From Azolla caroliniana (lineage: Eukaryota; Plantae; Polypodiophyta), in assembly GCA_043228905.1 (NCBI GenBank), contig JBHGNT010000007.1:3472001-3536000 (forward strand): DNA of 64,000 nucleotides, read 5' to 3'. The position numbers were made by a program, and so were the translations under genes. Shown here piece after piece: positions 47,141 to 62,300 of the stretch (position 1 is its first letter; every line of letters starts with the position of its first letter). The notes beneath the pieces are model-generated. The model did no database searches and was not told where the DNA came from. It saw only the letters and a list, made by a program, of their open reading frames with translations.

Positions 47141-49374
47141 TTTTCAGTGACTGAAATAAAAGCAACTCGGGATTGAAGAGAATAGAAGGATATTAAAACC
47201 TGGGTAGTCATACCTCCATGGCTAGTCATTGGGATAGTCATTTTTCCTCTTCTTTTTCATTTCTTTTGTAGTTTGTACTTGATAGGTTTTTTTAAAACTA
47301 ATGGAAGGAAATTTTGTTTTGGAAAAAAAAAAAAAAACTGCCCCCTCAAGACTTGTATGTCTAGTTTCCCCAAGAAAATATCATCCTCAACCTCACCATG
47401 TTTCCCCACCACCATGTAATCTAGTTCAAACTTCACAATACAACTATAGATTTGTAAACTCATTCCATCAATTTCTAGCATGGACAACCAGCTCTTGTTC
47501 ATGTTTCTAGGAGCTCACTATATGTTCTATTCCTTCTATCATCCTTGTTTGGACCACTAATCTAGCTAATTTTATTTCCATGAGCCCATAAAAAACTTCC
47601 CCACCTTTCACAAACGAGAGGCATTCTAGAGTCTCAACAAAACCTTCACCTCAGTCCTAGAAGCCATCCCAATTTGACCAAACCCCTCATCATGGAACCG
47701 AATGCACTTAACTTTGACCTAGCATCGCCCTATAATGGTAAAATTATTATGGTATATCCTATACATTTTTGTATATTAACCCAAAAACTCACCCATACAA
47801 AGATCAATTACCTAGTGTATGATAAGGAATAAGTGGTTAAATTTTCCAAGATCAAGGAATGATATCCCTATTTGGTAGGGGCCAAATCAAGTCCAGGTTG
47901 TAAAAACCCCAAAAAAACTTGTTTACTTTAGCATCACCTCTTGTTAACAAAGATTTTTGGTGCATCTTCTTAGTTCTGACTGCGATATGACTTCAAAATC
48001 TTGTTCTTACTAGATATCACAAGGTGAAGTAGACACTTGTTTGTTGTACAAAGTTCATGCTTCCGTGGGAAAAGATGTTAGAAACCAACAATTATAGCTC
48101 CTTCTCAAACAAGAAAAGCCAAAATATGTATCAAATAGAATTATCAAAGGTATTATCACAAATTAAAAGGTTTGTTGGATCCAATAAAAAAATCTTCTAC
48201 TCTAGAAAACCTGGCCTACATCTTCGATAGTTCTAGTTGGAATAAGAGCATAGCAAAGTGCCATTTTAGTGTCACAAAGGCCCTTAAACTTGTATCATGA
48301 AACTATTTGTGGCCTCAACGGTCGAAGCTAGTGAGAGAATTCATCAACCCTTGGGATGGATGTGCGCACTCAAAAAAATGCTCCCCACCATCACCCTGGT
48401 CCCCAATAGTGGATGGCACAATAGCCCTTTCTTCTTAGTGATGTCATAGCCAATCATTACACATCTAAATGTGTCCCTTTTGAAAGACATACATTTTTGA
48501 TTGGGCTCATTATTATTGCCTCCGACTCCTACTCGTAACTCCACATATCAAGTGTGGATTAGAATTGTTGATCCCTTCTAAAGGTTCTTGCTAATCCACA
48601 CTAGTCATAAGCAAGGTGTAAGCGCTAACTTAGGCCCATGCCAAAACCCTTCATTTGCATAATCCAAAATCCTAGTTTGTCCTAGGATACGTAACGGTCT
48701 TCTAGGCTTTCTCCTTCCCGAAACATGGAGTCCGTGAATAATAACTAGATGACAAATTCATAGCAGAGACCACCCAATACCTTGAAGCTTGTGCCCAAGC
48801 CCCACCTCGACCTCAATGGTGGCCACCATGCATCACGCCTTACCACACTCGCATATGTCAAGTATGCACTAGACAATCTCCCCCCCTCCCCCCAAAACAC
48901 ACACACACACATGAGGCCAAGGGAAAGGATTTTGCTTTCTTTTAGTAATAATATATATCATTACATGAAAATGACTACAAACAAATGATGGGCGTTATGC
49001 CCAAGGAAAATATCAACATTATCCCTCTTATTAGGGGTAATATTGGTCCTACCCTTTGTATTTATTTAAATATCAACTCACGATTTTGGTCAAAAAGTGG
49101 AGATGCCCTATTTCATGCTCCAAGTTCTTATTTTGATATTTCCAAAATCGTTCTTTGCATAGTCACAAATTTTAACTAGGATAGATGTAGTATTTACGAG
49201 GCAAATTAGTGTTGTGTTTAATGCTTGAGACGTATCAAATACCATTTGTGGATAGTGCTAATTATAATGAGCATTTGATCTATGACATTGTGGTTAGCAT
49301 TCATTATTAATAGTTTGTATTTTGATTACTCTACTAATGATAATACACTCATTATATTAGCCTTAATTATAATT

Positions 49375-49962
49375 CTAATTACTTTGATACGTTCCTAATC
49401 ACTCGTTAAAACACTAATCACCATGTTAATCTTAACTTATGTGACTATACAATATTATGACTTAGTGTTGGAGTTATTGATTAATTTTTAATAAACACAA
49501 TTAAATATACAAGCTCTCTTAGTACACCTCTCATATTGAACTACTTGGTTTTGATTGAGCAAACGGCACATGATGTGTAGACATTATTGTCACTTGGTTC
49601 ATAACTCTAGACTTGGAAGAAAACGCAACTAAAATCATCAGAAAATTGAAACTACTTAATAATGACAAAAAAACTTATCATTTTAGCATGAACCACTTTG
49701 CTAATTACTTTGATAAGTTCCTAACCATTCGCATTTGAACATTAACCACAACATTAATATTCACTTATGTGACTAGACAATATCGTGACTCAATGTTAGA
49801 GTAATTGATTAATTTTTAATTAACACAATTAATATACAAGCCCTAACGAACTCCTTGATTTTATGATTGAGAACATGGCACATGATGTTAACACATTATT
49901 GACACATGGCTCATAACTCTAGTCTTCAAAGAAAAAGCAACTAAAAACATAAGGAAATTGAG
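49375..49962. repeat. Two diverged ~280-330-bp direct repeats
   Basis: 'taattactttgata.gttcctaa...cttatgtgacta.acaatat...ggcacatgatgt...cataactctag...gcaactaaaa' occurs at ~49375 and ~49702. Confidence 0.85.
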
Positions 49963-52900
49963 ACAAGCAAAGGAAACATTGCTCAAAATCTCCATGATGA
50001 CATCCAAGTATGATCGCTAACGAAGTTAGTATATGCTCATTAAAGTTGTAAATGTAAACTTTGTTTAATATAGGACATGTATATAATGCCCTTGGAAGGT
50101 TTTAGATGTTTGATCAAACTTTATACATTCTGATATCATGCATTTCCAAACATTACATGTCTCGTGAAATTCTAAGGTGTACGGGGTTTATAGATTGATA
50201 AAACTTTACATATTCGAAAGCCGTTCGCGTTAAAACCCCCGGTCATGCCCTAAGGATCGACCAACTTAAAAGTTAAAGGTCTCATGAAATTTGAAGGTGC
50301 TTTTATTTCACCTTCATCACTCTTTGAAGTTGTTTGCTTTCTCTTTCCGACTAGACCTAATCTAATCTCTAATGTCATCGTACACAACCAAAACCTTTTT
50401 GAAGGAAGGTCCACATATTGTGTCGAAGATTTGACATTGTCCATGCTTTGCTTATTCTATAGATTAAACAACATCAAAGGATTCCCTATAAGCTTTCTCT
50501 AATCACTTATATTCACTTGTTTTCCACCACCCTTGTCTCTTCTTGTACCTTTGCCCTTGCCTTCTTGAACGAGCCATTTTTGAGAAACAATCAATCCTTG
50601 TTGTGTAAAATCATTGTCCAATGCCACAATCATTGATACTATAAACATTTTCTAGTATAGAACTTAAGAGTAGCATTACTCATGGAATCCAATACAAGTT
50701 CAAGTACAAGCATTGTGAAGCGTGCAATGTGCTTATAAGATCATTCATGTTTTGCACTATCTTGTTAGCACAATCCTATGATTGCAACATGTTCACAATA
50801 TGCTCACTTTCATGATGATCATTATTTTTGGAATGATACTTGATCAGTAATGTAGCTTCTAAAAATGCACGGATATCATGCACACAATAAAAAAAATGGT
50901 ATATCAGCTACACATACAATCAATCTTTTATCATTGGTATATTATTTGAGATTGTTGGCACAATCCATGTCGAGGAATTCCTACATGTGCACAAATAGAG
51001 GATCAAGTAGGATGACAAATGGTCTTCATGGCACAAGATGGAATATGAAAAAAGACAAGCTTACATTGAAACCTTGACCCAATGCGTTTCGTAGAGGTAA
51101 CAAAGGAATGCTTCTTATCTCAAAGGTACATTTCTTGTGTGTGAAACTAGAGCAATGTGTATGTCCATGAATGCAAGGGTTCGCCTTTTTATCATGCATG
51201 TGCACCCAAATAAATAGTTGTGTGCTTGCGTATTATCTAGCATGTTATTATTATGGATGAGCCCACCTCACTTTATTCCAATCGATGCATGTCCATAAAA
51301 ACATTAATTGTGATTGTAAAATAGTCTTATGTCACTCAAAAAGAGCTTGCAAGCATATGCCAACAAATTACTTATGTTTCATCTCTAAAGTTTTTGAGAT
51401 AATACAAGTACAATATTCAATTTGCATCTTAAGCATAAGTGATAAGGTTCATAGGGAAGATGATAAAGGTGTTGGATCGATCTTTCTAAAAAGACAAATT
51501 GTTCCATATAGCTTGTCAACCAAACAACCAAACATAGAAAATGAGACCCATACGATGTGACCACATTGTTGTCGTTGTCATTGCCAGGGGAAGATGACAT
51601 TGACATGTATTGTTATTTTATGTGAAAAGACATATGTCACTGAAAAATCATTATTTTATGATAGAATTCCTCCTTCGAAGATTCATCATCTTCGTAGAAC
51701 ATACATGGTTATTACCTACTCCATTGAGTTTGTTTCCTTAAAAGTTTTCTTGACGATTCAAACCAAACTTTCACGTCGAAAGTCGAGATTTACCATTCCA
51801 ACTAATGTTTGAAGGAGTGTAAGAAGCCAAAATGTTCATTTTCTAATTTGTAACCTGTAAAACTTAAGGCGAAGGTGACACTATTTGATTCAAAGGGTTA
51901 AATCCTTGGTGGGGAATGGGCAAGCAATTGTAATTTGTTTTCTAGCTCTACTACCGAACCGAAAGTATTTCTAACTAGTACCCATTGATTGTAAGGTTAA
52001 AAAATGAAATCCAAAAACTACTTGATCATACAGCTATAAGATAGTCAAAGTCCTATAACGTCAAATAAAGTCAAACTCTAGTTCGATTAGACAAGATGTT
52101 GTTATTTAGGACAACCAAGTTGTACAAACCCAACTAAGTGCGAGTAGCAGATACGGCCAAATTGCACATTTACTTTATGAGGGAGCAATACCCCCAACTG
52201 GCATACACATCCAATTGGTACATTTACTTTGTCAATAAAAGTTGTGGCATTGGACACATCCACTCGGTTTGTTTCTAAGACGCCCGAAAGGGGAGTTTAT
52301 TTTAGCACGAGCAATGCCACACGCTGATTCCAAACACCAATTTGTGTGCAACAGGTCGCTCACTTATGGTTACAAACAACCAATTGTGTTCACCTTACTT
52401 TGGCATTGCCCCATTCTCTCTCTCATATGCACACACCCAGGTGTATGTGCGTGCACATCCAAAGCATTTGATTAATTACATATCTCATGTACGTATGTAT
52501 GTATTGTTCAAACTTGTATCACCACAATGGCAACACTAGAATTGATTCATACACACAATATGAGTTCTAACAACACATACATACATACATGTTTTTGTGC
52601 ATAGATATGAGTGTGGCTCTATGAGTTCCCGATAATACATCCATTCATATGTGCATACCTACCTATATACATACATACATACATACATACATACATGTGT
52701 GAGTGTTTGTATCTATTCGGAAATGCTTTAAAAAGCACCAAGAGAGTGTAGTGAAAAAGACTTCTCTCTCACCAAGCAAGGGGCTAGAATAAGAGGATGT
52801 TTTAATTTAGCTATAAGCTCTCTCTCTCTCTCTCTCTTCTTTCCTTTTTCTTCTACTGCTAAAGTTAGAAGAAGCAGAAGAAAAAAAGCAAAAAAGAGTG

Positions 52901-53165
52901 AAGTGAACTCATACCATTTAGATCTGTGAGAAGTGAATGTGAAACACTTCTTCTTCTTCTCCTCTCCTCCTCCTCCTCCTTCTATAGCTAAAGATTGTTA
53001 TTGTTTTGGTTCTTTGCTTTTTGCCTTTCTTCTTCCTTCTGGTTGTTGTGAAGTCTCGAGTCTGATACCCACTGATTTTTAGTACCTATTTAAAGAAGAA
53101 CTAAGTATCTAGAAAACAGAGGTAGAGACAATTAGTCACTCACTCCTTCTATTTCCACATATACC

Positions 53166-53475
53166 ATGCTTCCTCTTCAAAGATTCAATGCTAACCTTCT
53201 CTTATTATATACCTTCTTCTTCTTCTTCTTCTCCACTACCATATCACTGGCTCAATCCAACAATGGCCACCAAATATATGCCCAGAACAATGATGTATCC
53301 GACCAGCCGAGACAACAATTAGCTCGGCTCCCATTACGGCATATCAGCTCGATGCCGTCACATTCACACCTAAGCCGATCGGCCCTCATCCAAGAGTTGC
53401 GCCTCTCGGATGAGGCCCGGTTCCATACCATGGTGTCGTCCCGCCTCAAATTCTATAGAGCTTCCATGGCTACTA

Positions 53476-53509
<34 letters not shown>

Positions 53510-54818
53510 TTCTTCACCGGCCTCTGGCCTCCAAACTGCCGTGACTTCGGGCGCGTCGGTAGGAGCTGGACAATACTTTGTGGAGTTTGCACTAGGGACC
53601 CCACCCCAGAAGCTCATGTTGATCGCCGACACGGGTAGCGACCTAATCTGGGCCCGATGCTCCCTATGCAAGACAAGCTGCACTGGGCCGAGCTCGAGCC
53701 CTAGTAACAACAATGATACCTCATCGGTTAGTTTGACCACTACTTTCATTGCGCGCGCCTCGTCCACCTATCGCCCCATCCCTTGCCTCTCTCAAGATTG
53801 CCTCCTCGTGCCCGCCCCACCGAACTTCTCGTGCAATATCCGCATCCCGGGGGGCAGCACATGCTCCTATGACTACTCCTACTCCGACACGTCCGAGAGC
53901 ATCGGGGTCTTCTCGCGTGACTCGGTATCTCTCGGTTTTTCGTCCGAGAGCTCACCACTAGGAGGAGGAAATCCATCAACCAAACCTCCTCCGTCTTCTT
54001 CGGGCAATGGCGGGCTTGTCAAGGTGTTGCCGGGCATTGCATTCGGGTGCGGGCTACACAACCGGGGCCAGAGCTTTGTCGGCTCCGACGGTGTTCTCGG
54101 CCTCGGGAGAGGCCCCATCTCCTTGGTCACTCAAGTCGGGACCGAATTCTCGTATTGCCTCGTCGATTTCTTCAAGGTCCCGGCTCGAGAGAGCTATCTA
54201 ACGATCGGGGCTGGCGGCTCCTCCGTAGCACTACCACCACTACCGAATGCGTCTTCCCTTTCTTTACAATACACTCCAATGTTGCAAAATCCGTTCGCCC
54301 AGACCCCATACTATATTGGCATAGAGGGTGTCCGCGTAGACGGGAAGCTTCTCTCCATCCCGGCCGAGGTCTGGCGGATCGATCCAGCGGGTAACGGGGG
54401 CACGATCCTCGACTCGGGCACCACGCTCTCGGCTTTCTTGCAGCCCGCGTACGCCCCGATCTTGGCCGCCATGTCCGAGAGCCTGGCCGTGTCCAAGCTC
54501 CCCAGGCTCGCCCCGCCCGCCCAAGGTTTCGACCTATGCGTCAATGCCACCGGGATCGAGCAAGGTGTCTTGTCCGAAAGGCTTCCCAAGCTCTCCATCG
54601 CGATGTCCGGGGGTGCCACGTTCGACCCCCCGCCCAATGGGAATGTTTTCATTAGTGTGGACCCAAGTGCCGAGATCAAGTGCTTGGGGTTACGGGGTAT
54701 CCAATCGACCGTCGGGTTCTCGGTCCTCGGAAACCTCATTCAACAAAACTTCATGTTCGTGTTCGACAACCAGAATTCCCGGCTCGGGTTTGCGGGCCCG
54801 ACCGATTGCCATTCATGA
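53166..54818 (+). CDS. Secreted A1-family aspartic protease (nepenthesin-like, TAXi_N/TAXi_C), single exon, 550 aa
   Basis: Hydrophobic signal peptide, 'GQYFVEFALGTPPQ', catalytic motifs 'ADTGSDLIW' and 'ILDSGTT', a Cys-rich insert, 'AFGCG', and 'VLGNLIQQNFMFVFD'. Confidence 0.95.
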
Positions 54819-57800
54819 CAATTCATTTGCTTTTTGCTATTTAGCTCAACCCACACTCCCTTCATCATTTTCTTTCTTTCTTTTCCTTTTTTATTTTTTA
54901 TCCATTCTTCTCTCTTCTTCCTCTTTCCCTTCCTCCCACATGTGTATTATACCCCAACAAGTGTAAAATTCCAGTCATAACCCTAGAATTTTAGCATCAT
55001 TCCTTTCCAATCCAATCCAATCCAATCAATCAACTTCCCACGGGAAGAAGAGTCGAGCAATCCAGTGAAATCCAACCCATCCACCCATCAGATAATGCAA
55101 TCCAATCCAATCCATCAATTGATCAATCAGATTTCCAAGCCAATCCAACATAGGGTCGATCACTGCACTCCTATCCCATCCGATTTCCCTTATTGCATAG
55201 TAACACATTTTGATTTAGATGAACATGGATTAAAAATGTTGTTAATTTAAATTCTCGTGTGTGTTTGTGTTTGGATGTTTTGCTTATCTAGATTCTAACA
55301 GCTAAGATTTGCTTATATGATAATAGTGATGTGATTTTATTTGTAGTTACGTTTGAGATCCATAGGTTTGTTTCTTTGTGTTTCTTTGTTTTTGAACTTG
55401 ATTCATGAATTGGTTTCACATTAGCCCAAGAGGTTTGCTTAAATGTGTATAGTTAAATGTGCTATTCTTAGATATTTAGCCTGAGAAGAGATTGTGTCTA
55501 AAAATATCTCAAAATTTTATCAATGCCTAAATCAAGAGAGTTTGTGCTACAATTTTGCTTCATCCATTTTTAGTTGTGTCTATGTGAGAGTCCTTTTACC
55601 CCTATAGATGTAAGTTTCATCTTCATATGAGCGATTGAGATCCTTCATCTCTCAATCTCAAATAATCTTTGCACTCCAATTCAAGAAGGTAGCAAAAATA
55701 GTACACCACATTCAGTGTTGCTTGGTCTCCGAAATTTTCTTATAACCACCTTTGAATTCTAAAGTTTCAAAATAAAATACATTTGTGTGGTTTTTGCTAG
55801 TTGAGGTCTAAGTAGTGGTTAAACTCCAAGGAATCTCCCAAGAAATAGCTAGTATCCTTTTTATCAATTCTATTGATGTGACAATGTGGATGTTCATGTT
55901 CCTCACCTCTACGACATTAAAATGATAGAGCCATTAGCAATGGTTTACTAGACACTTGTAGTTAGTTTTTGTGCAGCCTTTTTAAAAATAACATGTCATA
56001 CGAGTCCCTTTGAGTGAGTGGGGAGTATTATCTAGTATTGTACTGTTGGTCATGCTCATGATCGAAGTTAACTTACACTAAGTAATCAAGTACTCAATTC
56101 AATATAGATTGTCTCTTTGTTTTTCTTGTAAAAATACTCACTCTCACCCTCCCCTCAAATGTCAATGACGAGTCAAATCATCAATAAATGCAAAAGACAA
56201 CCACAAGGTTATAGAGAACCAAGAGTTGCAAGCATGGTGACACAACATCTCTGAGGACATGTCATGACTCATGAGTTGTCAAGTATTTTGGAACCAAAAA
56301 TTTAGTATGCGAAAGAAAGGTTTGGCCTAATAAGCGAAACAAAAATGAGAATGGCATATCGTAATGAATCCCCTTCAATGTCACCTATTTTAATTAATCA
56401 ATTCCTTTGACAACATTCTATATCACTTGCACATACATATCTCTCATGTAAGTTTTTACCACCTTGGGCCTCATGTCTAATAGTTTCGTTAAGACTTACA
56501 TTTTTCGTTTAGTGCAACTTGTTCTAGTAAATGTGTAATTTGAGTAGCCACTACTGAAAAGATATATTTAATTCTAATATTAAAGGAATCATGTATACTT
56601 TTGAAGCCGGTTAAAGTGTTTGGTTGGTAGGGTTCCTATTAAGTGTTGGATGGAGTATCCTATCAATGTTGGCATCAATGAATTTGCTCATTTGGTGGTG
56701 ACCACATGATGGTCTTCCAATACATTTATTTCGATGTGTTCTAAAAGTTAGTTGACATTATAAGGGTAGTGTGTGGAATGCATATGAAAGATTTTGCGTC
56801 GTACATAATGTATTCATTTGTGGTGGCCATATTATTCCCTCCCATTACATTTAAGTTGATGTGGTCTATTAGGGCATTAACCCTCCTCATCAATATTGAA
56901 GCATCCTACTAATGTCTTCATAAACGTAATAGGAACAAAATGTAAACATAGTAACATGTGCCACTTTCATGACGAAATAAGCAACCGTATTTGGAAGTTA
57001 GAATGGACTTAACAAATATAATTGGCGTTCAAATACAAAATATCATATCTAATTTATTAATGTGAACTGCAATCTAACTAACAATGTAACCATTAGCCTT
57101 CTTACCGGCACTCACACACGCACATGTGCACGGACTTACTCTTGAAAAAGTTTTATGAAAAAAGAAGCTTTTCTTTGAAGTCCGTCATCCCATACATTCA
57201 TAAGGGCAAGTCATTAATCCCACAATGTCTTTAACTGGAAAGTATGTACTTCCAAGAATCCACCCTACTAATTGTACAATTACCACATATTCGGGACTCA
57301 AGGCACTTGCAATGGCATTTTATGGCAATGGAGTCGAGATATGTGCAAGACACTTTTGTCTAAAGTTGAGTTTGGGTAATTTTATAACCATTAGTTTTTC
57401 CTTTGTTTTAAAAGCATAATAATGTGTTTGGTCATAACATGTGGTCACACAAGAAGTGGCTTGCTTTAATGACAACTTACTTCGCACATTGTCTAAAAAT
57501 TATTGCATTTTGTATAATATATGTGGTTTTCTAAACCAAGCAATGGTTCCCATTTACTACCCTTCAAAGTAAAGAAAGAACCATTCTTGTTCGAGGACAT
57601 TATCGTGACATTCGAGAATGATTCAATGATTCATGGATTAAAAAGAAACCTCGAAGAAAGGTTTGGAGTCAATTCTTTCGAGCTCGTATAAAATTTGATG
57701 CATTACAAATTTTTAAATAAATAGATTTTCCATGTTAAATATCAAAATATCAAAAAGTAAACATATCATCAAAATCATAAGCTCTATAAAAATCAGAAGC

Positions 57801-59330
57801 CGGCACAATTGTGGAATGGCAACTAGAGTGTAATTACATGTTTAAATTTTACAAAATAAAAAACAGAAAAATAAGATCATGAATTTTATTGATAAAATTT
57901 GTATTCATTTACATGTGTTTTCAAACGCATTTTATATAGCACCAACATGGATTTTTCTGTTCCATGCCCAAAGTTGAGTGTCTTAGCTTACAACCATGTT
58001 AATGTATAATAAACCCAAAATTAAAACTCCTCTCTTTGGAACTTGCAAACCCCTCTCTAATCTATAATATATCAAAACAAGTACACAGGTGTATTAATTG
58101 TTTCAAGAAAAGTCATGTACTTATTTCGTTTTTAAATACATATCCCTTTTGTATTGTTAAGTCCTTCAATGGTTACCATTTCCATCTAAGCTTATCACCA
58201 CCATTAAAACACTTTCGCTTTCCCACTATAAATGACAAATTTACTAATAGCAGTTATTAGCCTTGCTCTTTGGATGGTGACACATAAGAATGAAGCAATA
58301 AGGCAAACATTAAACCAAGTTTCTGTTTAAGAATTGATTTTGCAAAAAGACACGTATAATTCACAGTCGTAATCTTTCATTTGATAGCTCTCACTTGACT
58401 GATTTTGCAACGAGTTTGACATGCATAATTCATAGTAGTAATCTTTCATTTGCTAGCTCTCTATTCAACTTTTAAGTAATACCAGTTCTTAAAAAAATTA
58501 TAATTATTCAAAGCTTCCTGGACAATTCACTGTTGTAAACAGAACTTTTCACACTTCCTAAGTTGTACATACTGAATCATCCTACATAAAAGAATTCAAT
58601 ATGTACCACAAAAATTCAATGTGGTAAATGCTACATAATTAATATTGAATTCATACATGTTAACGTATCCTAGAGGCTAGGATACAATGTTCCAAAAGAT
58701 GCAATTGTTGTAATTAAGTATCACGTTGCTTACCTACCTATATGTTATGAGTAATGGTTGAATTTAAGAGAAGTCCAACACAGGTAATAGTAGAATTCAA
58801 GAGATGTTTTAATGCCTCACTAAAGTCTCTCCTTGATGATAAGGTGGAGCTTTATAGGTAGCAGTAGAATTTAAGCACACAGGTGGAGCTTTATAGGAAA
58901 CAGTAGAATTTTAGCGCACAATACTGGAAGATGATACTTCACTGAACTTCTTAGGCAAACTTATAATTTGTCTTGCATGAGTTATTCTGCAATTTTCTTG
59001 TGGCAAAATTGTTTGAAGTATAGAATTGAATTATACACACAACAATTGACATAAACATTGAAATGTAGAGATCTAAACAGATACAACAAAGAAACATTCT
59101 GATATCTTGACTGACAAGGCATGCAAGTTTCACCTTCAATGAAACTTGATGGCTGAACACAATAACTGACTACACCCGACTGTCAACTTTTTCAGCAAGC
59201 ATACAAATCTATTTTTCTCAAAGATGGCATGAATCAAAATTTAAACAAAACTCATAACCTCACCCAGATAATGCTCAAGAATGAAAAATAGAGAACAGAA
59301 TCCAAAGTGAGGGAAAGTCCTTTCCAGCTC

Positions 59331-62300
59331 CTATCGCCGTAAGTGGAAATTAACAATAGCAGGCTGCATATATGCTTGCTGAATTGTAATAGCAAATGGG
59401 AAAATAGGATGAAAGAAGAAGGATGCTAATCTCCTACTTGGCACATCACCAGGTCCAAATTCATTACCTGCATTTAGAAAATTTGATTCATATAATTAAT
59501 GCAAATTTCCAGAAGCATCATAAAACATTGGAAGGCAAGGCAAAAGTACTGTACCTGGATTAATCTTGAACTTCAACACATTTGGTTTGCGTCTCGATAT
59601 AAATTTTATTGGAGGCTCTAGGCATGGTCTGCATTGATCTGCTGCAGAAATAAGCTGCCATGATAACATGGAAATCAATAAAAACATACCACCTTTACTA
59701 TACAATAGCGTGCTTATGATTAAAACATTTTACAGCATCAAATCATGCATCGCTGAAGTTCTTAATTGCTTGATTTTTGTTAACATGTTATTGACCCTTC
59801 ATAATAGTGGTCTTCATGTACGTCTTCACAGACATGAATAAGGTCTAGAATTTGGGAGGTTCGTGTAAAAAATAAAAAAAAAACTGAGACACAAATAAGT
59901 CATCAAATCATGTTTGCTCTAGAGTCCACTTTCCTTTGTAGTAGTAGTCTTCATGTATGTCTTCACAGACAAGAGTATGCCTTGCAAAGGTAATAAATCA
60001 ACAGCATGCAAATGGCATCTACAGTACAAAGAATTTGGCATCAACAAATTTCCATGTGCACCATTGCAACCTGCAGGTAACCATCCTTGACTGGCTTCAG
60101 TGTCAGTGCTCACCACTGCTAGAAGAAATATTCTGTCGTTTTGCAAGTTTAATCTGTTCATATTTGAAATACCCAAAATCTGAATGCATGAACACTACAG
60201 AAGGTACAAAACATGACAAAGGAAAGTAGACTATATAGTCTATAGCAAACATGGTTTGATGGCTTATTCGTGTCTCAGTTTTCTTTTATTACATGAGCCC
60301 CTAAAATACCAGACCTCATTCCATTGTCTACATACCTACCAGTTCAGTTGTCATTGGTTGCAACTCTAATTTTGTAAACATCATATCGCATTTTACACAG
60401 CACAGACTTGGTCACACTTTGAGCTGTCAATAGGTTTTAGGCATGTTGATATTTGTGTGCAGGTACACGAGATCTGAAAATGCATGAATCCTTGCAATTG
60501 AGGAAAGTTAGTGTCATCAAATAGCAGGGAGACAATCTCCACATCAGCAGATGGATGTCTACCTACATCAGGGAGATCATGCCCATCTTTAGAGGACAAA
60601 TGTTCCGCTGACAATGGCAGTACTAGGACTAATACGGTTTCAAGCTTGAGATCAATGGTCATGTGTGGACAGAATGACATCAAAATTCATGGTACGAGGA
60701 AAGACCTCTTGCTGTACCAGGGAACTAAATTGAAGTAAGAACCACATCAAAACTTTTGTTACAGCAATAGAAAGTACAAAAGCCCTCATGTCAAAAAGGA
60801 GTATTTGGAATAACCTTGGATTTTTGCAGCCATAGCAGGGTTTTTATAGAGCAGCCAACAAGGCCATAGGAGAGTTGATCTGTTAAGAGTAGCTTTTCCG
60901 GATGTAAAAGAACAGTTTAAGACAAACAAGGATTGAAGGGCTTAAATGTAACTAACCTTAACATCCTCATATTTGGATGTATTGGAGATAGTGTGGTAAA
61001 GACCCTAATAGTTTTTGCTGGGGGTAATTTCAATGCATCCAGCAGCAAAAGATGAATCAAATATGTAGAGATGGCACAGCTTACGTTGATTCATACATGC
61101 AAACACTCTGATGTATGAAACCAAGGGAAAAATCCAGGACGACACCAGGGCAAAGGAGCAAGCAAACCAGTAGTGTGATCAAAGGAGATGCTGATAGCCA
61201 ACAACTTTATCAGTGTTGGCATGGATGACTGGATGATATCATCAGTTGTGTAAAATAACCAGCATGGAGAAACAGCAGTACGTCTATGAAGGTTCCTGAC
61301 ACTGCAAATTATTGCCCATTTCTCGTGTATACCAGCAGTAGTGAGTGCCATACTGCATATTTTATACAGGAGTAGCAATCAGAAACAGTTTGGGTTGAGC
61401 CAAAACCGAACCATGAAACCTTGGATTAATAACTTAAATGGTTGGTTCTGTTCGGTTTTTGGTTCCAAATTTGGAAAACTCTTTCATTTGGACTGGTTAG
61501 GCTTGGGGGTTCATGGTTTGGTTTGATTCAGATTAAATTGTATTGGTTTTATGGTTTACAATTTATCAAAAGCTTGAAAATGTGGCTTAAACGGCTTATA
61601 GAGTCAATTTTATTATACAAATTAATATAAAAAACCCTAACATATTTTTAGGTTGATGATACTCAATATTTATGTTTAAGTTTGACAATCTCTTAAATGG
61701 TTTGCTTTACGCTTTTGAGGATCTTTTAAATGGTTCAGATTAAACAGTTCCATGGGTTGCTTTTATCTTTCATTTCTTTTCAACAGATTCAGTTTGAGAC
61801 TCCCAAACCGACTTGAGCCAAACTGAAGCATTGCTGATTGCTATATTAGGAGACTGATATCATTATTCACCATTCATAGATAGAATAGGTGACACTGGCG
61901 CAGCAAAGTCTACAGGATTGCTTTCATGATGGATGTTTGCGTAGCATGGAATGGATTTCCCGCAGATATGTCAACATCACCATATGGGTTGAAGATGAAT
62001 AGACTGCTACATTCCACAGAAATGACCGTGATAAGGCAATTATAGCACATAGACAGGGGAAAGAAATAATTAATGGACTAAGATGTCAGTGAGGATGGTT
62101 GAAAAAAGCACTATCAAGAAGAACGCTGAAAACTACTGCTGATAAACAATATTGGGCACTCAAAGCTATGTCTACAACCAATGACAGTCAGCTCCTAACA
62201 CAAAGTTGAAAGAAAATTTACAGTGGTTCCTGTCATCATTTTCAAATCTGTAACATCTTATGCATATCAGGATTAAGAATGAAGTGTTATACACTTCATT

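Noticed and set aside
50280-50900. Possible SWIM-finger/MULE transposase remnant on the minus strand
   Set aside because: Only vague Cys/His spacing with many stops; not supportable.
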